A DNA stretch of 52,591 nucleotides from contig BAAIJX010000064.1 of assembly GCA_054600435.1 (NCBI GenBank), positions 62,001 through 114,591 on the forward strand, written 5' to 3'. This document shows positions 42,962-52,591 of this stretch, piece by piece. Position numbers and translations under genes: made by a program. The stretch is from Neophaeotheca triangularis. Taxonomy: Eukaryota. Under the pieces are notes generated by a model, which did not search any database, had not been told where the DNA came from, and saw only the letters and a program-made list of their open reading frames with translations. Numbering within the stretch: position 1 is the first letter of the stretch; the number at the start of each line of letters is the position of its first letter.

Positions 42962-43774
42962 AGCCAAGGAGTTTTGGGTCGGGCTCGGGTCAGATTTGGG
43001 TGATGGAGGGTGTTCTTTTTTCCTTTCATGGCGTCGGGAGTATGGATATGGGGACTGTACATCATCAATCGGAGGTGACGTCGTTAGCATGTTAGGGGAA
43101 GGGGTGGATGTATCACGGCCTTGGGATGAATATGACTACCTTGTATATTTGTTACAACCTGTAGATACTACTGGCACAAACACTCTTCTATATCATAGAC
43201 AGCCGCTACAGATTCTAGATACTTGCAACCGGGACACTGTCAAAAGCAAGGCCGGTGCGAGAAATCGACAGGCTCGGGGGCTAAGTAACGTTGACATCGA
43301 GTTTTCCTCCTCTTTCAGAATGATTTCAGGGTCAGCTCCAGTATCCATCGACACCATAAGCTAGCATCGTCCGCAGAAGAGTTTGGGTACAGTAACAGGG
43401 AAAAGATCAAAGAGCGTAACAGGGGTAATTACCACGTCACGTGTGAATTGAACAAAGGGGCCAAACCGCGCTTGGCGCGTGTCTTGGCACTCGTCGACTA
43501 CTGTATCCGCTCTAGTGCTTGCAACTACATCAACCTCACCACACCATGTACAAAACAACCACGCCTCGTGTTACCAGACAACTGGACGCCCTCGACGTGG
43601 TGTGCAGCATAAGCATGGCGAAGGAGCTGAGCTGACGATCCCGGCCTCGTCCTGCATCTCACCGGTCCTGCGTGGTGCTCGACAAGGCGCAGCGGCCAGC
43701 CATATAGGTAGGATGGAGGGACCGCTTCGCTTCGCAACCTCTCCACAGTCTGTTCGAATGGCCGGAGAGTCGAG

Positions 43775-45921
43775 ATGCTTTGCAAACTTTGTTCTGGTAT
43801 ACTGGAGGAACACCGCACGAACTGCTCCCGAGTCCTGTAGTGAAGAACCAATCCTACGCCCACCACAGGACTCCTAAACAGCTTGCCGAGGCTGCAGCAT
43901 CGGGCTGCTTTATACTCTTTTTCCTCTGGGACAGATTCAGTGATGAAGTCAGAACGCAATTGCTTGGTCTGGAGTGGGTTGACGAGAAGTCGATTGACGT
44001 TCGACCACTCACGTTGCGCGAACCAAGTCCTTCGTTTGTTACGTGGCTGATTGGTCCTGGAAAAAGTGGTCTCAGGTTGTCTCTTGTGCCCAATTGTGTG
44101 GGAGTCCGGTTAAGTGAACATAATGCCCGTTTGAGACTGCAGCCAGTAAAAGGTTTTGTCCCGGCACACTCATACCCGCTTACCGCTGACCATCAGCACA
44201 AGGCCTGAGCGATATATCGGTTCGGTCTCTAATTCAACAAAAAACTCGGGATCTGAACGCCATGAAGCTCGCAAAGAAGTGGATAGAAGAGTGCCTTGAC
44301 ACGCACGTGTCCTGCTGTACGAATGAGGACGATAGCTGGTATCCGACCAGACTGCTAGATCTCGGACAAGAACCTGGGCGCATATATCTCCGCAGCACTA
44401 CACGTAGCCCGCCAGAGCGAGGGAGACGCTATATGACGCTAAGCCATCGCTGGGGGTCAGCCGATGTCTTCAAATTGAGGCGATCCAACCACGCTCAGCT
44501 GCCTGCAGGATTCTCAGCCACATCTCTACCTCAGTGCTTTCAAGACGCCATCGAGGTTATCCAAGCCTTAGGTGTGCGGTATCTATGGATTGATTCCTTG
44601 TGCATAATCCAAGACGAAGACTACCTCAGCGACTGGGCCCGCGAGTCTTCCATGATGGACGAGGTTTACGTCAATTCTATGGTAAACATCTCCTCACTCG
44701 CAGCTAAGGACAGCTCGAAATCCATGTTTTCGCGCCCAAGACCAGTCGATGAATGGTGCCAAGATATCCAGGTCGACCTTGAGAAGCTAGGGGGTGGAAC
44801 AGGTAAGCAGAAGTGTGCGGTCGTTGATAGAGAATTATGGGAAAGCAATGTGTCGAACGCTGGCCTAAATCGTCGGGCATGGGTCCTTCAAGAGAGACTT
44901 CAGGCCCCTAGGGTGCTGCATTTTGGGCGCAATGGATTGGCTTGGGAATGTCAAATGCTCGACGCTACTTAAGTCTTTCCCGCCGGCTTGGAGAAGTATG
45001 CAGGCTCTGTCTGCGGGTTTCAAGGACTTGAGTGTAACACAGCGCTTTCTGGAAACTTCCACCGCACCGCTGGATTTAGGACCATACTTGTTGTGGCAGA
45101 AAGTCATCGCGGAACACAACAAGTGTGACTTTACAAAACCTTCAGACAAGCTGATAGCGCTCGCCGGAATTGCGAAGCACTTTATGTCCATGGTCGAAGA
45201 TACTTACGTTGCAGGCACGTGGCGCAAGCACCTGGCTACTGAGATTACGTGGTTTACCATCGAGGAGTTCAAGCCCCAGTGCTCGCGACCATATCGCGCG
45301 CCTAGCTGGTCTTGGGCTTCTATCGACGGTGTAGTCTCCCCGAAATCGGTAGAAGACCACGTCTTTTCGACGCTACGTGTACAGGAAGTGCACCTTGAAT
45401 ATGCCACACAAGATCCCACAGGCGAACTACTTGGGGGCTACCTGATGCTTGACTGTCAGTTGCAGACCTTGAAGTTGCGACGAGAAGACATTTTTCATTC
45501 AGATTGTTAGTACATTGTTAGTGTGGGTGATCGGGAACCTTTCGGATCAATAATCTGGCTCGATGAGACCACAGACGACTTCGGTCCGACTGGGAACGAC
45601 GATCTGTACTGTATTGTTGCTGTAGATAGCAAGACCGAGTGCGGCCTGACAGATTATATAGCGCTGCTTCTGCTCAAGGTAGTCGACAAGGAGGTAGTCG
45701 ACAAGGGGCAGGGAACCTTTCGGCGTTTTGCCATGCTTCAAGAATGCCTCACGCCCAACATCAGAACAGTTCTTGGACCATCTGCACCCCTTACGGACGA
45801 CACGACGACGAACCCTGACTTCTCTGAGCATGCTCAAGATGCAGCACAATCCCGCTCTTATCCCGCAACGATGCCTTGCGTCAGATTGGCCGGCGACAAC
45901 CACGTCATCAAGTTGATCTGA
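43775..45921 (+). pseudogene. Disrupted HET-domain (heterokaryon incompatibility, TOL-like) gene
   Basis: MLCKLC start; HH..L..AA..GC; WYPTRLLDL; YMTLSHRWG; FQDAIEV..LGVRYLWIDSLCIIQD; DWARES..M..VY.NS; LNRRAWVLQERL; DKLIALAGIA; YRAPSWSWAS. Lesions: frameshift near 43835, TAA at 44970-44972 with a nearby frameshift, TAG at 45508-45510. Probable 44-nt intron 44153-44196. Confidence 0.85.
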
Positions 45922-46169
45922 AAACGGCAAGGTCTCGGGATCTGGGTCTCGACGAAGAATTGTGCCCGTTTCTGGGGCAGCATAGGGGTAATCTGGAGTT
46001 GATCGAGGCAGATTGCTCACGTCTGTCTCTCCCTCGACACCGCCCTCGCCTTGGGCAGGATTTCGACACCCAACTATCAGGATCGGCGGAGATTCTGCGA
46101 AGGTACGCGGGTTGGAGAGGAGCCCATGGCTGTATCGTGTTGCTACGGAATTTGAAGATCCGGTACTTT

Positions 46170-46849
46170 GGTAAGTGGTGGAGCGGCGCACCATCGTTTG
46201 GTACTTGCAACGCCGGAGTCAGCATCATCTCCACCGTTGGGGTTTGTGGCTCGAGAAACGGCAAGACTTGCAAGAGCTCTGCCTTTGAAGACTGTTGTTC
46301 GCAAAGCGGATATTGCCGCACGACTGGCAATCACTGCGGCGTTGGTTGCAATTCAGCGTTTGAAACTTGCACAAGTGGATCTGGTGCTGGTAGTGATTCC
46401 ACCGATGGATCTTGCGGCTCAAGAAACTTCAAGACTTGTGTGTCAGATCGACTTTCGGAAATTCTTGCTTTTCCCATGGGTACTGCGGCAGTACGACTTC
46501 CCATTGCGGGCAGGGATGGTAAGTCTATCGTACCTGCGGTCTATGCCTCGTATCACAAGGTCGTGGTAATAGTACTCTATGCTAATACCTGCGGTCAACA
46601 GTCAGAAAGGTTCTTCAAACGGTTGTCTCACAAGCAGCATCCCTTCCGTAGACGCCAGTTGCGGTCCAAGCAAAGGAGTTACATGTGCTGGCGGGCCCTT
46701 CAACAATCAATGCTGTAGTGCGTCCGGTTACTGCGGGACGACCGGCGCACATTGCGGGAGTGGATGGTAAGTCATACGTACCCTCATATCGCAATGGTGC
46801 TAACCCCTGATCCAGTCAACGCGGATATGGACGCTGTAACGAGGATTGA
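46170..46849 (+). pseudogene. Remnant of a multi-hevein/CBM18 chitin-binding protein (3 repeats, 5' end missing)
   Basis: CGSRNGKTC..CCSQSGYC..HCGVGC..C; second repeat frameshifted near 46447; third repeat CGPSKGVTC..CCSASGYCGTTGAHCGSGCQRGYGRC. Introns 46519-46601 and 46767-46815 split the equivalent Cys codon. No start codon or signal peptide found. Confidence 0.8.
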
Positions 46850-47209
46850 GTACATATAAAGTCGAATCACACTGATAAAATTTCGCAAACGTTGAATCGT
46901 TTCTACTTACGACTAGAACGTCGGAAATGCCTTCATCCCCCATCAATCCATTCCTACAACAATCGAACTTCCCCTTCACTTCGAGCAGGACAGGTGACCT
47001 GTACTTCGTGCGCAAGCAATACAATAGGATGTCGGGCTGACTCACGGCTTCCATTTCGTCCACGAAGGTCTTCCCGCCTCTCAGGTTCATCACCACCTCG
47101 CTGACCGACTCGACCAGCCTCTAGACGTCGGCCCGTCCGGTTGCACAGCAAAGTGACAAGGTGACGATGTTCTAAAAGTGCGCTCTTTCCCTTTATGGTG
47201 AAATCATCG

Positions 47210-47210
<1 letters not shown>

Positions 47211-47264
<54 letters not shown>
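47211..47264. repeat. (CAT)18 microsatellite
   Basis: Perfect run read directly. Confidence 0.95.
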
Positions 47265-47266
<2 letters not shown>

Positions 47267-47439
47267 CATTGTGACGCCGCGGCTCCTCTTCCACTTGAGA
47301 TACGACGACAGAACCGGATCCAGTCCAGGCTCTCGTACTAGGGCAATGAAGCAAGCAGCCAACCACCCCAAAGCCGCTTCAAAACGTCCATACCCTATAG
47401 AAACCCGTGCAGGATGAAGTGTGAATTAAGCGTATAAAT

Positions 47440-47730
47440 ACTAGGTAGTAGGTAAATAAGTAGGTAAATAAGTAAGTAAGTAAGTACCATCGGCAACAGC
47501 AGGGGGAAACGACGGCCCAAGAATCTATACATGCCCCCCTCCCTTCCCTCCTGCCCCGGCCAAAACCAACCCAAGCCCCAAGCCCCAAGCCCCAAGCCGA
47601 AACCAAAACCAAGACCCAAACCCCAAGCCGACCCAACCAACCCAACCCAACCCAGCTCAACACAAACCCAACCCCAGCAATCTCAGATGTATGCAAAGCA
47701 AAGCAAAGCAAAGCAATACAAGCAAGCAAG
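47440..47730. repeat. Cluster of short tandem repeats (TAGGTAAATAAG, TAAG, CCCCAAG, CCCAA, GCAAA)
   Basis: Read directly in intergenic DNA. Confidence 0.8.
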
Positions 47731-48371
47731 CCCGCCCCCTGTGTGCGCGAGGGTAGGGTGCGAGGGAGTGAGTGGGGCGGGGCACTTCCAGGAGCGAAAG
47801 CAGCGACCGATGCAAACCAAGGAACCAACCGCAAACGGCCTTGCAAAAAACCCCCCCAAGAGATGTCTACAGTCTACACCGCTTGACGGTCCCAAGAGCA
47901 AGACATGTATAGATAGGGCCAGTGGGGGTGGGAGAGGAAAACAAGGGGGGAAGGGAAGGAAAAAAAAAAAACGCCGATCCAATGCTGTGCTGTACTCTAC
48001 GCCGATTATGCGAGTTTTTTCTCGAGCCGCTGTGATGGGTTTTTCGCTCGATGGTTCTGAAAAATTTCCCTGGTACACGTGCGCCGCTGCTCCGTTGTGA
48101 TGCCGTCTGGTAGGTTTAAAGCTGGAGGTGATGATAATGGTTGGGTCGGTCGCCCATTGATGCGGTGATAATTCTGTCTGCCTGTCCGGCAGTTTGTCTA
48201 CATTGCTCGGTAATTTTGGTGCATGAAGTGGTGCTCGCGGTTGGATAGATGGAGTTATGATTAGGGTGTGCTTCGCTGGCGCCGCTGCTGGTGATGATGA
48301 TTACATCTCGGGCGAGATTCCGCTTGATGCTATGGGTTCGTTATATTGCGTCATTCTGCGGTGCTGCGGTT

Positions 48372-50951
48372 TCATCGCGTGATGATGAGCCCGAATCCAT
48401 CGATCCAAGGCCCGCAAGAGCCGTAGAGACCTGCAACGCTGTAGCCTCTCGGCGGGATGAGGGAGTGCCTGCGAAGAGGAATAAGTCAGCGCGACAATTC
48501 CAAAGCCAGTCCTCCACTTAAGATGGAATAGGAGAGAAAGAAAACTCACCCAGACCCGCCATTAGCATTCCCAAAAACCTCACTCCTCCTCCCCAAACTC
48601 GTAAGAATCTGCACTCCATCAATCCACGCACCAGCGCGAAGATAGAAGCCAATAATCTGCTCCCCTCGCCTGACATCAAGCGCAAACTCACTACCGCCAG
48701 GTTTCCCACCACGCTTGCCAAAAAGCTCGCTCTGCCCGTCGTCATAGTAAAACTCCAGGCCGTCGATGCTAGAACCATGGAATACTCGAACACCCAGCAT
48801 CAGCTTCGTTTGCTTGTGGTTGACCATGAAAGAGCCGAAAATTAACTCTTGACTTTGCGAGCCGCTCATTTTGCTGTGGCCGAGCTTGCTGCTCTTGAAG
48901 CCCGCGCGGCCGTCGGGGAGTTTGATCTTGCCTTCTTTGGACGTCAGTTTGCTGAAATCTTGGACTGTGTGCTCGCTGCCGCCGCAGGAGAAGACCTTGA
49001 TTTTGAATTTGCGCTTGCGCTTGCCTTCGGGGAGGCGTTGGCGCAATTCGTCTTCTGTGAGGGTAACTTGACGAGGCGCACTGGGACCGGTTTCGGCATA
49101 TTCGATCCAGTGGTGGCAAACGTCGTCGCCTTCAGGGTAGAGCTCTATCCAGGCGACGCCGGTTGCGGCTGTGATTAGGACGTTGCCGTTGTCGACGGTC
49201 CAGCATTGGACAGAGGTGTCGGTGTTGAGCGCGGAGTCTGTGGGAAGGGCAAAGCAGGGGTGGAAGCGGAAGCGCAGGGCGTCGAGACGGTGCCAGCCGC
49301 ATTCGTCGCGTGGCATGCAGAGGCGCATGCCTTGCTGTTTTGTGCGAGTGGAGTATGGCTCGCGGGTGGTGAATGTGCGGTTCAAGCGTGTGTAATCGCG
49401 CAGCATGACGCCCGACTCCTGGTGAGGGCAGCCCAGCAAGTGACCCGTCTCGTGCATGTGCGCACCAATGCCAATGTTCGCGGCTTCCCAATTGCTGCCC
49501 CCTTCGTTGCAGTCATTTGCGACATAGTTAGTGTCTGTGCGCGTACAGTCTGTAAAGGCAGGAACCACTTCTTCAATGTGCGCTGGATAAGATTGAAGCG
49601 ATTGCGAGCCGAAGATTGCGAGCTTGATTGTGTCGTCTCCGCCACCGAGCGCAGCATGGCCCCTGATTGTGCCAATCTTTTTGTCCCAATGCGAATCGAG
49701 GAACATGCAAGAGACGTACTGACGCTGCCCTGGTCGCGGTCCAAAGTACCCTCTCACAGCATCTGTGGCGATTGAGAAGAGATCACCCTTCTTCTTCGCC
49801 GGACCATACTGTTGCGCGATATTCAGATCCCGAATCTCTTCTACAGTCTGCTTCATCCTGACAATGTGAATCTTGGCCTCGTTGCGCATTTGTCCCGTTT
49901 CCAAATCTCTCCATGTGAGACTTCCCGGCTGCCATTCCTCCTCATATCTGTAGCACCTCCTACCAAAACCATTCCTGTTCATCTGTTCGGCTGTAAAAGC
50001 CTGCCACAGATATGCTGCCATTCTGAACTTCCTAACTGCCGTAGCAAGGCTGTTCCCCTCTTTCTGTATCCGTTCTGGCACTGCATCAAACGTCTCTGGC
50101 GAATCCTTTGCGACGAGTATTACGAGTTGTAAGGGCGGGGAAGAAATGAGCGGGAGGAAGTTGATGTTGATCCAGGAAGAGTGAGCGGGTATCGAGGAGT
50201 TTGGAGCGGGGAGTTTCGGGGAGGAAAAGTCGAGACGCAGCCTGTTTGGACCTGGGTTGAGATATACGAGCGCTTTGAAGTAGCCGTCGCTAACTGGCCA
50301 TTGGGTGGATGGGAAGTTCTCTTGGTGATGTGATACGGTCAATTGGCCGTCAAGGGGATTAGCCGGGTCGCCACACTGGCCAAAGATGAGCAGCACTTTC
50401 TGGTGGACCTAGTATAGCGGTCAGTGAAATGCCTCTCCAGTCCAAGTCGGGTGTCTCCCACTCACCCATGATCCGTCAGACACAGACAGGACTCTCGGCG
50501 CGAGTGGAGACGTCGCGGGCGTCGTTCTCGACAAAGCGTCACCATTCGGCGAAGTCGAACCCTGTAGTGAGCGCTGGTTAGCTAGGTTCTGCAGATGACG
50601 AGTGTGTGCTTTCATTACCACGAGACTGTACCGATTGCTCTGCGAGCTCGGCAGGCGCGGCCTCCCCGTACCGTTTGTCAATGGCGGTGTCTTGGTCCCA
50701 CTCCCACTCCCACTGAGGCTAGGCAAGTGACTGCTAGATCTTGACTTTTCCGAGGAGAGTGTGGTTGGTGGTGATTGGCGGTCGAAGAAGGAGCTGAGGG
50801 TGGATGAGGATTTGCTATGGTGGGCGGGTTGTTCGTTGCCGTCGTTGCTGGCATTGCTGGAGGAGTTCTCGGAGCTGCCGTTGGTGTTGGATGTTCGGAC
50901 GGAGGTTTTGGAGCGGCGGCGTATGCTGAGGTCTTTGAGGAAGGAAGGCAT
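48372..50951 (-). CDS. Putative zinc metallopeptidase with C-terminal jacalin-like lectin domain (yeast YIL108W-like); exons 50951-50619, 50561-50466, 50408-48550, 48468-48372
   Basis: Zincin motif HETGHLLGCPH (HExxHxxGxxH); GHAALGG; jacalin-like IDGLEF..FGKRGG..IIGFYLRAGAWIDGVQILTSLGR.S..FG..GG, ending GPWIDGFGLIITR; three GT-AG introns. Confidence 0.88.
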
Positions 50952-51526
50952 TGCGGCCGAACGGCCTGTGAGGCTCTTGGTATTTTAGCGACAGACAGTG
51001 AGATGGTGTGTTAAGGGCAGCTAGGCTCGGTGGTAGGTGGTGGTGGTGCCAACTTGGGAGTCGGTAAGGTAAGGTAGCTGGTAGAGGAGACGGGGTGAAG
51101 GTAAGGTATGGACTGTAGGTAGCTTGAAACCGGAATCCAGGTTGCGACGACTCTCCGACGTAAGGTGCGTGCTTGCCGCTGGCAGGACGAGAGACAGAAT
51201 GGGTAGGCAGGGGGGCAGTACGGTAAGGTAGTCGAAGTGAGGTCCACGGGTACAGTACAGCAGTAGTACAGCAGACAGGAATTCCCAACAAACGATTGGC
51301 AGCGAGTTGGACTCCCCGCAGTAAGTGATTGCCCTGTTACGCGCGGATTGGCGTGGTCATGTACCAAGCAACACCTCACCGTCGTCTCCCGATCTTTTCT
51401 TGGGTACCTGCTCGTGCAAATCCGACGGCCGAGGGTGGTAAGGTGCTGGCTGGGGAGAATCCGAGAGAGTAGTAGGTAGTAGTACTGTAGTAGTAGCAAT
51501 AGGAGGAGAGTGGTGGGAGGAGGACT

Positions 51527-51553
51527 AGCAGCAGCAGCAGCAGCAGCAGCAGC
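51527..51553. repeat. (GCA)n microsatellite
   Basis: About 8-9 copies read directly. Confidence 0.9.
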
Positions 51554-52262
51554 ACGGCAAGCGACTAGTAGAGCACGCGAAGGACACGGCGATGTCTGGA
51601 GGATGGATAAGATTAGAATAATAATAATGTAGTGGTGTAGTAGTAGACCACTAGTAGTTAGTTAGGTGACGGCTATTCGAACGTCCCAGACCAGAGCCAG
51701 AGCCAGAGCGAAAGCAGCCCGCGCAACTCAAGGTTTGGCTTGCCCATCTCCAACTTAGCTGTCTACCTTAACTAAGGCACTACTACTACCGTACGTACTA
51801 AATAATAACGCGGGTGCGGGTGGTTGGGCAACGCAAAAGCTACCTCCTACATAATAACCAAGTCCACCTGTTGCTGCGCGCTAACTTACTACTGTAGTTA
51901 CGTGGACTACTAGGAGGTAACAGTAACGTTACTGCTAGGAGGCTGAGTGCCTCTAACGTTACGTTAGGACAAAACGACAAGGTTGTTCTCCCTCACACTT
52001 CACTCTTCTCCCACTAAAACTACTACTACTACTCCCGTATGCTCGATACGTCCCCGTCTCGTACACTGTACAGGCATATCCACTTCTCGGCCGCGGAGAG
52101 GGATGGCCCGGAATAGCAGAGCCAACGAAAAGGCCGCAATTTCAATACTTTAAAATCAAGCTTCTCGATCGTCCTTCACCGGGTGCAACGACAACGCGCG
52201 GACTGCTGCATAACGTTAAAGTCAAGTCTCGGGTGTGCAGGTGGCATGCTGCATGCATGATG

Positions 52263-52280
52263 CAGCTAGGTACCTAGCTG
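52263..52280. repeat. Perfect 18-bp palindrome CAGCTAGGTACCTAGCTG
   Basis: The sequence equals its own reverse complement. Confidence 0.9.
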
Positions 52281-52591
52281 GGCGATGCGATTCAAAAAGC
52301 CTCATGCCTGCCACATCCGTCGACAAACGTAGACTGGCATGTCACTGGGGTGAAAGGGAATAGGGCCGTACTACTATAGGTACCTGTGTCGTCAAGGCAA
52401 GATTCTGCGGCAGTTTCTGTTCGGGTCGTGTCGCGTTGCATTCATCAGGGCAGCTGTCGAGCTTCCAGACAATGATCATCTCCAGCATCATTCGTGACGA
52501 GGTACTTACTGCGCATCTATCCCTGCGAACAGAACTGATTGACGTTGCGCTCTTGGACGATCGACCATCCTCCCTCCCCCCCCCCCCCCCC

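Noticed and set aside
45876..46718. 280-aa ORF as an intact chitin-binding protein
   Set aside because: Non-ATG start, no signal peptide, loses the Cys pattern after about 46447 and reads through an intron.
52573..52591. Terminal poly-C run as a telomere
   Set aside because: Not TTAGGG/CCCTAA repeats; a homopolymer at the window edge.

Overview
Gene-dense, intron-containing DNA from a filamentous ascomycete (Pezizomycotina inferred from short GT-AG introns with CTRAC branch sites and from the gene families; lineage not determinable here). I can support 16 genes assignable to families or structural classes: BTB/POZ protein, triple-KH RNA-binding protein, augmin HAUS1-like protein, alpha/beta hydrolase, WSC cell-wall sensor, transmembrane GH16 Crh-type enzyme, TIP20/RINT1, an intronless RNAi-type RNA-dependent RNA polymerase (RRP-3-like), PhyH-type dioxygenase, F-box protein, Mss4 PIP5-kinase, TGS1, histone H1, a 2243-aa repeat-built coiled-coil protein and a metallopeptidase-jacalin fusion, plus one orphan ORF. 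Three decayed genes sit in two accessory patches: a 2OG-Fe(II) oxygenase near the RdRP, and a HET-domain gene followed by a hevein/CBM18 repeat gene. I found no transposon, RNA gene or CRISPR array, and I cannot claim a new multi-gene system. The best leads are unusual splicing in histone H1 (GC-AG first intron; 177-nt in-frame stop-free last intron), a CNN-repeat leader and ambiguous last exon of the KH gene, the HET plus CBM18 pseudogene island, the RdRP-dioxygenase-F-box neighbourhood, and sharp G/C strand-skew switches inside the giant coiled-coil ORF. All exon boundaries were read by eye.
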